Source of the DNA: an uncultured Methanoregulaceae archaeon
Lineage (GTDB): Archaea > Halobacteriota > Methanomicrobia > Methanomicrobiales > Methanospirillaceae
DNA: 64,000 bases
Reading direction: 5' to 3'
Assembly (NCBI GenBank): GCA_963705255.1
Contig: OY970061.1
Span: 1,536,001 to 1,600,000, forward strand
The translations under genes and the position numbers were made by a program. How positions within the stretch are numbered: the stretch's first letter is position 1; each line of letters starts with the position of its first letter. Of this stretch, positions 9,919-19,822 are shown one piece after another. The notes under the pieces are model-generated. The model was not told where the DNA came from. It searched no databases and saw only the letters and a program-made list of their open reading frames with translations.

Positions 9919-11839
9919 TCAGTCACCCAGATCGTGAATGGCATTTGCAAGGTCCCGGAGCGTCGGCGGCTCCACTTCGAGAGCCCAGGTAAAAAACTCT
10001 TCGCGCTTTTTGAGCTGACGTTCCAGTTCTTCCGTATCCCAGACCGCAGTGGAATGCAATCTCATCGAGGACCCTGGACTTCTGGAAAACCCGCCTGAAC
10101 GTGTCGTGCTGGATATCCCATTCAAACAGGAGGATGGGGTTGATCTCCCCGTCCTTCGTGACTTCAATCTCGTGGATGGAGAGGCAGCGCCGGATCCTCG
10201 TCTTCCCAAGGGTATAGATGGCCTGTACAACGACAAGGTCGAGTGCCTGGAACATAACCGGAGGTACGTTGATCGGATCGTGGGTCAGGCGGTTGATCGC
10301 TTCGTACACGCTTCCTGCGTGGATAGTCGAGAGGGTTGAGTGACCCGAGTTCATGGCCTGGAAGAGCGTCTGGGCTTCTATGCCCCTTACCTCGCCCACA
10401 ATGATGTATTCCGGGCGCTGCCGCATGCAGGCTTTCAGGAGGGAGAAGAGATCGATGTCGCCTTTGATCCCTTCCGCATTGAGTTCTCGTGTCTTTGTGG
10501 GGAGCCAGTTCCTGTGCGGCAGCTGGATCTCCCGTGTATCCTCCAGCGATACAACCTTTGCATTCTGCGGGATGAATAGGGAGACCGCGTTCATCATGGA
10601 AGTCTTGCCGCTCGCAGTTCCTCCAACGACAAGCAGGCTCTTCCGGTGTTCGATGGCAAGCCAGAGGAACGCGAGGGTCTGTGCATCGTACGTACCGAAC
10701 CGGATGAGGTCGAGCGGTGTCATGGGTTCTGCCCGGAACTTCCGTATCGTGAACGAGCTGCCCTTGGTGGAGACCACTTCGCTGTAGGTGATCTGGATGC
10801 GGGCACCGTCCGGCAGGGTTGCATCGACCATGGGGTTCGAAAGCGACATCTGCTTGTTGGCTTTCTGGGCGAGTTTGAGGACGAACTGGTTCAGTTCACT
10901 CTCGGTAAAATAGACGCTTGTCGGCAGGCTCCCGTAAGTCCGGTGAAAGATGAAGACCGGGAGATCGTGGCCGTTGCAGCTGAGATCTTCGAGAGCCGGG
11001 TCCCGCATGAGGACTTCGAGAGGGCCGTAGCCGGAGAGATCCCGTTTGATATAATAATTCAGGATCGCAACCCGGTCGTCGGTAATGTCCGGATCGAACT
11101 GACGGGTAATCCTGGCCACAGCAGCCGGATCGATGCGCTCATCCGGGTCTTTCTCCGTATTATCATAGATGATAATATCGCGGAGGTGCGCATAGGTCTC
11201 CATCAGAATCGTCTTCTCTTTCTGGGAGATGGTAGGCTCCACCACGATATAGGTGAAACCCTCGTTCCTGACCCGCTCAATCTTCACATAGGAATAGGGT
11301 TCGACGACCCAGTACTGCTCCAGGGTGGCAAGGGACGCTTTTTCCAGTATGCCAGATGCCTGCAGGGATTGTGCGGATTCCTGCACACCAGGGCAATCCG
11401 GTACCTGATCCGGCACGGGTAGGGCATCGTTCTTTTTTCCCATTACTCCAGGAAGGAGCCAGGTTCCAGCAGCATGTCGCCTGATTATGGTTTTTACCGA
11501 CAGGGTGGCTGCTGCGAGGGCCACGACGGTGAGGCCGATCACGGCCGGAATGGGGAGATCGATGAACATCACGACGAAGCCCGATACCATGGCTGTCGCA
11601 ATGACTGCCGCAAGGGAAAACACTCCTTCCCATGAAGCTTCGGTAAAAATTGTCAGAGCGTGTTCAACGGCAGCACGTGCAGTCTGCATATCCAGTGCCG
11701 GCAGCTCTTTTTTAAGAGAGCCGGACCTGGGGAGGGGATCCGCCACGGGAGGGAGTGGGTCTTTTGTGATGCGTATACGGTTTTTCAACGTCGTGAACAG
11801 ACTGTTGAGTCCGATGAGGGTGAACGCACATGATAGCAT
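9919..11839 (-). CDS. Type II/IV secretion (VirB11/TadA/ArlI-family) pilus ATPase with hydrophobic N-terminal extension (frameshift near 10043)
   Basis: Walker A GGTASGKT, EDTRE, RQRPEYIIVGEVRG, GHSTLSTIHA; true C-terminus in the 9919 frame. Confidence 0.9.
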
Positions 11840-12099
11840 AACCGGAAAATCCTGAATTATAGCGCCCCCCTTCCTTATTGAACGATACTGCCGGCAGCAT
11901 CCGAGTATTTTTAAACTTCTGTTACGCCGGTATTTTGTGAATCACTAGTGTATTGTATCCCGGCATAAAAAATCTATGCAAAATTGTTAACTTTATCCTA
12001 TTAATATTAATATAAAATCAAGTTTTTTTTATTAATTTATGGTGAGTTAATGCCCAGAAAAAATCCCTGATTAATTTAAATAAAGTATGAAAAACTGAA

Positions 12100-12951
12100 T
12101 TACGTATTCCACTCGTCTCCCGAGGGTGTCCCCGCAGGTGCCGGTGTTGATGTGCCCCATTTCCCGATATCAAGTCCGGTTGGTGTCGCTCCGGTCAGGA
12201 TTTTCACATCCACAGTAAGGTAATTCCCTTCGATCGTGATCTGGTATGCACCCTCCTTATATATCGCGATGTATCGTGGGCCGGAAGGAGCTGTCGAGGT
12301 TGTAGTTACGCCTGTTGATATATCCGCAACTGTATTGTGGGACACCTCGTTGCCGGTATCCGAACTGTACCCGCGCGCGTACCCATCCTCTGCCACGATT
12401 TCATGGGTCTGGTTGTCCCGCACGGTAATCGTCATGTAGGGGCGGTTTACTGATGCTGCCAGATTCCCCCTGCAGGAATCCGGGTTCGCCATACAGTCGA
12501 ATTTCGGGGTGACCACAAATACGATATACAGAGGACCTTCAGCAACATTTACGAGGAGACCGAACGCATTGCCCTCCAGATTGTAGGTTTTCTCAAACTC
12601 AGGGCTACGATTGAGAGGGCTGTCCATCGGCGCAGCGTTGACTCTTACCCCATGAATGATTGGATAGGGATCCGGCGTGAGGAACGGTACGACCTCTGTT
12701 ACAACCTCAGATTGAGCCGGGGTCATTTCCGCGTCAGGAGCCTGTTGCAGGGAACCCGGGGTTGCATCAGGAAGAGCAGATGCAACGTTCATCCCTGCTG
12801 TACTTTGGGATGACCCATTATCTGCCGGTACAGGTTCCGTACTTTTCTGCAGCATCTTGATGCAACCGCTGGAACAGGTCATTGCTGCAAGGAGGATCAA
12901 TACCACCGTATACAGCACCGTGAATGATCCCACCCTTCTGTTTCGTATCAT
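12100..12951 (-). CDS. Exported, lipoprotein-like hypothetical protein
   Basis: Basic N-terminus, hydrophobic stretch, SSGC; Pro/Thr-rich linker then beta-rich domain. Confidence 0.7.
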   Translation of the reverse strand: MIRNRRVGSFTVLYTVVLILLAAMTCSSGCIKMLQKSTEPVPADNGSSQSTAGMNVASALPDATPGSLQQAPDAEMTPAQSEVVTEVVPFLTPDPYPIIHGVRVNAAPMDSPLNRSPEFEKTYNLEGNAFGLLVNVAEGPLYIVFVVTPKFDCMANPDSCRGNLAASVNRPYMTITVRDNQTHEIVAEDGYARGYSSDTGNEVSHNTVADISTGVTTTSTAPSGPRYIAIYKEGAYQITIEGNYLTVDVKILTGATPTGLDIGKWGTSTPAPAGTPSGDEWNT

Positions 12952-13283
12952 CAGGCTGTCTCCATCTCATCAATGTTTTGGGACTTCCTTACCATTATAC
13001 GGTCCAGAGCGGGATAATTTGGACCTCGGAGGTCTGAAATTTTCCTTTCATAATACGTAAAGAAAAATCTGCCTATCATATTCCGATTTTGCATAGGGAT
13101 GTGATTATGTATGGTAAAAATACTATTTATACAGATGTGGTTAACATCTATGAGATGTAAAACAAAATAGGTTAATCACAATAAAAAGAGTCGGAATCTT
13201 CGTTTCGTATTTAATGATGATCTTCATCTGATATCTCAACAGATGAAAATATTACCTGAAACCGCCACATACCGGATACGATC

Positions 13284-13586
13284 ATGCCTTCCCCCTTTCC
13301 GAATCCCGTGCCACCCTTTCCCGGCTGGACATGTCGGGAATACCGGCTCTCCCGCCCGCTAACGGAAGATGACGTTGCGGCTTTTTTAGGCAACGAGGAA
13401 CGCTACGTGCGGGACACAGAAGCCGGCCGGGTGAATATCATTCACAAATACGGGCTTGTCGAACTCCATTGCATCATCGGCGAGAATCATATCGAAGTCT
13501 GGTTTGCCCCGGATAAAGAGGCCTATTCTTCGGAGTACCTGGATGCCCTTCTATCGACCCGGTTCAATCAGGTGCCGGTCTTCTGA
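13284..13586 (+). CDS. Hypothetical protein
   Basis: 100-aa ORF with protein-like composition filling the intergenic space. Confidence 0.6.
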   Translation: MPSPFPNPVPPFPGWTCREYRLSRPLTEDDVAAFLGNEERYVRDTEAGRVNIIHKYGLVELHCIIGENHIEVWFAPDKEAYSSEYLDALLSTRFNQVPVF

Positions 13587-13606
13587 AAAACCAAAAAAGG
13601 AGGAAT

Positions 13607-13828
13607 TTAATCGATCCCTACCATAACTTCGGATGCCTTCATGACTGCGTAGACTTTTGATCCTTCCCGCAGATTCATTTTTTCTGCAGAATGGGTGGTG
13701 ATGGATGAGACGATCTCATTGCCACCGGCAATTGAGATAACAACTTCCGTGCTTACCGGACCTTTCTTGATCATCTTCACCGTTCCCGGGATCTGGTTTC
13801 GTGCACTGATATTCACGGTTTCCACCAC
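13607..13828 (-). CDS. TOBE/Mop molybdate-binding (molbindin-like) protein
   Basis: ISARNQIPGTV...SSITTHSAEKMNLREG...KASEV. Confidence 0.9.
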   Translation of the reverse strand: MVETVNISARNQIPGTVKMIKKGPVSTEVVISIAGGNEIVSSITTHSAEKMNLREGSKVYAVMKASEVMVGID

Positions 13829-13930
13829 GCGTACTTATTGCTGGTTGTATTTGAATATTTCAACAGCCAGCAGACTTTACCTAAAAAGCATATCACCATA
13901 GAAAACACAATGAGAAGAGACAGGTGTACC

Positions 13931-15685
13931 ATGGCCGGCCCCTACCTGAACAGTGGTGAAACGATAATTCTGACAACCCCCAGGATTAGTGTCGGCTCCG
14001 CCATCTTCGACATGATGCTTACGACCCGTCGTATCATCCTTGTTGATAACCGGTACTCCCGCTTCGAACCACAGATGATCCCGTTTTCAACCATACTTAC
14101 CGTAAAGGGCGGGAAGATCCCCACCGGCGAACCAGTTATCTCCATCTCTTGCAGCGACACAGACGGTTCTGTTGAGCCGGTAGTTACCAATCTCATATTT
14201 TCCCAGCAGCCTGCCGAACTGAGGAAGGAGGAGCGGGATCTCTGGGTAAAGAAAATTATTGAACTCGTAATATCAGCCCGGCAAAACGGTACCAACTCAG
14301 ATTCCCTGCCAGCAGATCAGGACACAGGAATGCGGCCTTCGGTCCGCCGCTGGAACGCTCCCGATCACCTCCGCCCGCACTCCTCAATCCAAAAAACCCC
14401 TCCGGAAGTTACTGAAGTTGTCGTAACTCATGATGAACCGGGCACACCCTCTTCCTTGGATGACACAGAATTTTCATCAGGCACAACAGTCACGAAACGA
14501 TCAGAAATTTTTGAAGATTGGACCACTGCGGGAGAACCGACAATCGATGCGGAATCATCTGAAGGTACCGGGGCGGAGGTTCAAAAATCACCTGTTTCAA
14601 AAGAAGAAGATTTGGATACGCAGGAAAAGGACGATTCGCCAGCTGCCGTTGAACCGTCAGGTTCTCCGGCAGGAATGCCTGAATTTTCAGCAGGGTCCAC
14701 ACCTGCAGAATCACCGGGAGATGCATCTGACCTGATGCCCAGGAATCAGACCAGTTCCCAGGCCTCCCTTGCCGATACGATCCTTCTGGCAGCAAAATCC
14801 CTGATTTCTGACCAGGATGCGAGAGTTACGCAGGATATGAACGTGGTTTCAACGCCTGCTGATGTGGCGTCTCCCGGTGGAAGAAACCTTGAATTATCGG
14901 AAGATGATGTATCGATAAAAACTGCCGGAGATGAACTACAACCGGGAACTATTTTACCACTCTCTCAAACGGTCCCTGATCTCGCGTCTGTTTCCCAGGA
15001 AATGGTAACACCGACAGGTACTCGAACCCACAAAGGGGAAGACAGCGGTGCTCTCGTGGAGGCCCCTGTCGGTAAAACGGATGTAACCGGTCCTGCAGAA
15101 CTCTCGGAACCAAAATCAGCTGTGCATGATGGAGCACATATCTCTCATCCGTTCAAACCATCGTTCAAAAGGTTACCGGTAACTGTTGTAGCCCTGGTAG
15201 TTATCGCGGTGGTTCTGGTCGTCGTGGGAGCATTTTTCCTGTCGATCTTCTCATCCGGAAGCACCAGCAATTTGCCGCCGGAAACCCGTCCTGGGATTAC
15301 TGTCAACGTAACACCAACGATCACTCCTCTAACGATACCCTCCACCGGCATCTGGATACGAGTTATGTATCCCGGCACATTCATCGGAACTGTTGGCAAT
15401 CCCGGGTATCTTTTCCAGGTTTACGGTTCCGGAGACAAGTTCTATAAAACACTGAGGAGTGACGGCTTCATACAGGCAACGGTGCGGAAGCGGGACTACT
15501 CAGGAGACACGCTCACTGTCGAAGTCTATGTCAATGGATCGATGATCGCCCATAGGGCAGTTGCAAAGCCGATGGGCGAGATAAACCTCCTCATCGATGC
15601 CAAGGGAAATCTCCCTGGCATTCCTCCCACTTTAAATCTGACTAAACAAACACCAGCAGGTAATAACCGGCTTCTCTATATATGA
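13931..15685 (+). CDS. Hypothetical bitopic protein: PH-like N-domain, long acidic linker, TM helix, external C-domain
   Basis: LNSGETII...LTTRRIILVD resembles bacterial PH domains; TM VTVVALVVIAVVLVVVGAFFL; AGGTG upstream of ATG 13931. Confidence 0.65.
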   Translation: MAGPYLNSGETIILTTPRISVGSAIFDMMLTTRRIILVDNRYSRFEPQMIPFSTILTVKGGKIPTGEPVISISCSDTDGSVEPVVTNLIFSQQPAELRKEERDLWVKKIIELVISARQNGTNSDSLPADQDTGMRPSVRRWNAPDHLRPHSSIQKTPPEVTEVVVTHDEPGTPSSLDDTEFSSGTTVTKRSEIFEDWTTAGEPTIDAESSEGTGAEVQKSPVSKEEDLDTQEKDDSPAAVEPSGSPAGMPEFSAGSTPAESPGDASDLMPRNQTSSQASLADTILLAAKSLISDQDARVTQDMNVVSTPADVASPGGRNLELSEDDVSIKTAGDELQPGTILPLSQTVPDLASVSQEMVTPTGTRTHKGEDSGALVEAPVGKTDVTGPAELSEPKSAVHDGAHISHPFKPSFKRLPVTVVALVVIAVVLVVVGAFFLSIFSSGSTSNLPPETRPGITVNVTPTITPLTIPSTGIWIRVMYPGTFIGTVGNPGYLFQVYGSGDKFYKTLRSDGFIQATVRKRDYSGDTLTVEVYVNGSMIAHRAVAKPMGEINLLIDAKGNLPGIPPTLNLTKQTPAGNNRLLYI

Positions 15686-15859
15686 AAAAAGGTTTTCCGG
15701 CGAAGCGGGACAACCGGGAACAGATAGTCTGCGTTCCGCGTTCATGGTGAATTTATTATATCGTTACCAGATAGAACCGGTTTTTCCCTTTTGATCAGCT
15801 GACATTCCACGATATCATAACCCTATGATTAATAACCAGTTTCTTCTCATTACTGGTAG

Positions 15860-16747
15860 ATGCAGAAAGATTTTGGCATTCATATGAAAGGAGGCGTCAT
15901 CACCGAACGGGATCCCGATCTGTCCACCGTCCGCATCAGAGCGCCTGCCGGCATTCTTACTATCGATCAGATGCGTGGTATCGCAAAGATCGCCAAAAAA
16001 TATGGGGCCGGTGTGGTCCACTGCACTACGCGCCAGACCCTGGAGATCCCGCATGTCAATCCCGGCATGCTCAAAAAAGTTGGAGCGGAACTCGAAAAGA
16101 ACGGTACACCGGTCGGCTCTGAAAAAGATGAAGTGGTCAATATCATCGCGTGCCCCGGTGTCGAGCGCTGTAAATATGCAAATATCGATACCATCAGCCT
16201 TGCAAAAAAAATCGATGCAAAGCTGTTTGGCAAAGAGATGCCGGTCAAGATGCGCATCGCCCTGTCAGGCTGCCCGAATGCCTGTACAAGCCCCATGCTC
16301 AACGAGATAGGCGTGATCGGAAGAATACGCCCGCTCCGCACGCCCGGCCTCTGTACCGGGTGTGGATCCTGTGCGTACTACTGCAAAGAGAAGGCCATTG
16401 TCATCAGGAATGGAATATCGGAGCTCAAGGAGGACAGATGTGTCCAGTGCGGCATCTGCGTCAAGTCCTGTTCATTCGATCTGCTCAAGTCCGAACACCG
16501 GCATTTTCTCATCACCGTTGGAGGGAGGCGCGGGAGGCACCCGAAGATCGGCAGGGAATTACTGACCGTTGAAACCGAGGACCAGGTCATTTTTGCCATC
16601 GAAAAGATCATCAACTGGGTCTACCGCCGGGCGTGGAGCGGCAGGCTCCTTTCCGAACAGATGGATGAGATCCATTTCGAGAAGTTCCGGGAGGAGATCG
16701 TAAAGCAGGTGCCGGAAGCAGGGGCGGTGGGGTCGGCAAAAAGATGA
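15860..16747 (+). CDS. Nitrite/sulfite reductase-like 4Fe-4S protein (Dsr-like protein)
   Basis: TTRQTLEI; siroheme-type CPGVERC and SGCPNAC; ferredoxin motifs CTGCGSC and CVQCGICVKSC. Confidence 0.85.
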   Translation: MQKDFGIHMKGGVITERDPDLSTVRIRAPAGILTIDQMRGIAKIAKKYGAGVVHCTTRQTLEIPHVNPGMLKKVGAELEKNGTPVGSEKDEVVNIIACPGVERCKYANIDTISLAKKIDAKLFGKEMPVKMRIALSGCPNACTSPMLNEIGVIGRIRPLRTPGLCTGCGSCAYYCKEKAIVIRNGISELKEDRCVQCGICVKSCSFDLLKSEHRHFLITVGGRRGRHPKIGRELLTVETEDQVIFAIEKIINWVYRRAWSGRLLSEQMDEIHFEKFREEIVKQVPEAGAVGSAKR

Positions 16748-16866
16748 TGGTACGGATATTTCGCGAGTTTATGCGATCATTGAATTGTTTAAGATCGGAA
16801 AAAGCCATTTAATTCCCAATAAATTACCGTTGAAATAACCCGCAGGTGTCGTTGGCATCTTCTTGA

Positions 16867-17135
16867 ACCTGCCCTTATCAGTGGCAACGGCAGGTCTCCT
16901 TATGAGAGATGCCCCGTTGCAAAAACGATTCGAAGGTTTCACCTTCTCGAATCAGTCCTCGCTGATGCGACAACTGATTCCTGTCGGTTTTTGCGCTATC
17001 CAGAAAGTTGTCTTTTTGTTTGCTCCAAGTCCAAAACAGGTAAAACTGCGTCATCGCAACGCGGGGGCTATCGCGGCGGGGGGCGAGTCGAAGAACCCTT
17101 CGGGTTCTTCTCCAGCCTGGTTTTCCCTTCGGGAA
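16867..17135. other. Hairpin-dense intergenic element (candidate ncRNA or REP/MITE-like element)
   Basis: At least seven perfect 5-9 bp inverted repeats between two convergent genes. Confidence 0.45.
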
Positions 17136-17297
17136 CAGCAGTCTCTCCCGAGAACGTTATCTTTTTCGAGATCGTCATGAATTTCTAAAATAAAATCATG
17201 AAAATTATCGATCGCCCATCTTAAATTAATAAAAAAACTGTCACAGATTCCCCTTTTTGGGAACCCGTCGGAGTGCGTGCGAAAAAGGAAAGTGGGA

Positions 17298-18098
17298 TCA
17301 GATCTTCTTATAGAGATTTGCGTACACTACCTGACCTTTCTTCTTCTTGTGGCGCTCACCCATGTCGCCAATGAAGTGGGCAAATTTCCCCTTGACACCA
17401 TCGACTTCGAGCTCGACTTCGCCATTGGGTTTGAAGCCTGGCATCATTGTCTCAATGGAGCCAAAGACATAGATGGTGCCTTCGACCATCTGTCCGCCGA
17501 CCTTACTCTTGGCATTGCCCTTGATAATAATCTTTCCGCCTTCCGCGTGGGTTGCGACATGAACGTCAACATTGCCGTTGACAACGATCACTCCGCCAAG
17601 CATGTACATACCGATATCTGAACCGGCATCGCCCTTGACAAGGATCTTCCCGCCGGACATCCCGCGCCAGTCGCCACGGTATGCGGCACCGAGATAATTA
17701 CCTGCATTGCCCTCAATGGTCAGCTCGCCGCCTTTCATGGCAGTTGCGGCAAATGCCCCGACATCCCCCTTCGCAAGCAATTTGCCGCCGGTCATCCAAG
17801 CACCGACATACTGGTCGGCGCTGCCTTCGATGACCATCTCCCCGGCGCTCATCTTGAAGCCAAGGTACTTGACCTTCTTGACATCGCCCTTTACGACGAT
17901 CTTTGTCTCTGCAGCCGTTGCACCGGCGTTTCCGCTGACCTCGAAATATGCGCCGAGGGTCGAAGTGGTGTTGCCCTCATGAACATGGAGTCCTCCGATC
18001 TGGGCTGCGGTCTTCCCCGCGAATACATCGGGTGATACATTGTCCGCCTCGAGATAGAGTGCAGGTGCATTCTTTATGGTAATGGTTACGGTTTCCAT
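17298..18098 (-). CDS. fwdC: Formylmethanofuran dehydrogenase subunit C (operon 1)
   Basis: GXXM repeats, YRGDWRGMSGG, FIGDMGE; Mo versus W isoform not determinable. Confidence 0.93.
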   Translation of the reverse strand: METVTITIKNAPALYLEADNVSPDVFAGKTAAQIGGLHVHEGNTTSTLGAYFEVSGNAGATAAETKIVVKGDVKKVKYLGFKMSAGEMVIEGSADQYVGAWMTGGKLLAKGDVGAFAATAMKGGELTIEGNAGNYLGAAYRGDWRGMSGGKILVKGDAGSDIGMYMLGGVIVVNGNVDVHVATHAEGGKIIIKGNAKSKVGGQMVEGTIYVFGSIETMMPGFKPNGEVELEVDGVKGKFAHFIGDMGERHKKKKGQVVYANLYKKI

Positions 18099-18109
18099 CT
18101 CTTTCCACC

Positions 18110-19820
18110 TCACTGGGTTGCATCCACCTCAACCGCGTACGGGTTCGGGACAAAGTGGTGCCCGAGCGCTTCGTAGTTCGCTTGGGTCACGCTGTAGTAT
18201 TTCACGAACTTTTCGTTGATGTCACGCATGACCTGCGGGTTGTCCTTGACCTTTGCATTGACCCAAAGCGTACGTTTGTGTCCGTTGTCGACGATCTCGC
18301 CGTTCTGGACGACCTGAACGCCGCTCTTGAAGACAGACTGCACAGCGTGAGAACGCCTTCTCGATGTCCTCGGGGTCTGCCACCGGTTTGTCCGGGTTTA
18401 AGTTATACACTGCAACGTCGGCATCCATACCGGGGGCGAGACCGCCGCACATGCCGGAGAGTCCGAGCGACTTGGCCGGGCCTGCACGGGTCATCTGGGC
18501 AAGTTCGTAGAGCGAGATCTCGCGGTCCAAGCTGCCGATACTGGTCTGTGAAAGGACTTTGTCCTTGTGCTTGAATGCATTGACCTGTGCCTCGCGTGCC
18601 TTTGCAGACATCAGCCACTTGATGACACGGGGGTAGCGGGTGAACGGGCCTGCGTTCGGGTGGTCGGTGGTGATGTAGCAGCGCATCGGGTCCTTCATCA
18701 TCAGGGGGATCTCAAGGCCGATTGCCCACTGGATGGCACAGACCGAGATGTTCGGGCTGTAGATATACGGGACAACGCCGGCTGCGGTCTCAAGCTCCAC
18801 GTCAACATTCGCCCACTTCAGGTGGTTGAGACCGGTGAGGTGGTGCTCGAACGGGCCATCGGCGGTCATCGTCGTGGTCTCGTCGAGGGTGACATTACCG
18901 GTATCGATAGTTATGTTCTTGTTCTTATTGACGTAGTCCGTGATCTCCTTGGCTTTGGACTCGAAATCTCCCCAGTTTGTCCCCCCGTAGGAGTGGAACT
19001 GGGTGTGGGTGAGGTGCATGACCTGCTCGCGGCCGAACTTGTTCTTGGCCTTGTAGCCTTCGGCAAGTTTCAGAGTGTCGAGCGTGGTCTCATAGCATCC
19101 CGGGTTCCCGAGGTTGTTCGGGTGGATATGCATCGAATGCGGGAGGCCGAGGTACTCGTTGGCCTCGATCAGGCCCTTAATGATCTCAGCCGGAGTGATG
19201 TCGAAGTACGGCACCGGGTCGTTGACCGTAAGGCAGTTCAGGCCCCAGGCCCATGCCTCGGTTCCACCGGGGTTGACAACCTTGACGGCGTACCCCTTGG
19301 TGACGCGGAGCAGCCATGCGATGTAGGCTGCGGTGTTCTCTACCTCGTTGTTCTTGAGATATTCCATGACGAACCAGTTGTTCCCGAAGACCGGGAATGC
19401 TCCCTCGTCGATGATGGGGGTGTCGCGGATCTCCTCGTGGACGTGGCGGGAGAAGAGCGGGGGCATTGCCGCTTCCATCGCGGTGGTGTAACCCATCTTC
19501 GCGTACTCGTAGCCGGTCTTGAACGTGGTCGGGATCGAGGCCCCGCCGCCCATCCGCTCCATGCCCCTTGTTGGTGTGCAGGAAAAGAGCTTGTCCTCGG
19601 GACGGTAGATACGACCGAGGTTGACCTTGGGTCCCGCGATGTGGGCGTGGATCTCCACTGCACCCGCCATGACTGTCTTGTCCTTGGCATCGATGACCTT
19701 TGCACCGGACCCGACCTTGTCTACGATCTTTCCATCCTTGATTGCGATATCTTTCTTGTCGCCCTTGATACCCTGGACCGGGTCAAAGACGTGCCCGTTC
19801 TTAATGATGTATTCTGACAT
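18110..19820 (-). CDS. fwdA: Formylmethanofuran dehydrogenase subunit A (operon 1; frameshift near 18337)
   Basis: EIHAHIAG, KVVNPGG, HSMHIH, QFHSYGG, TTDHPNAGPF. Confidence 0.93.
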
Positions 19821-19822
19821 GG

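Noticed and set aside
16863-17188. ORFs of 105 and 65 aa in the structured intergenic region
   Set aside because: TTG starts, no SD, no motifs
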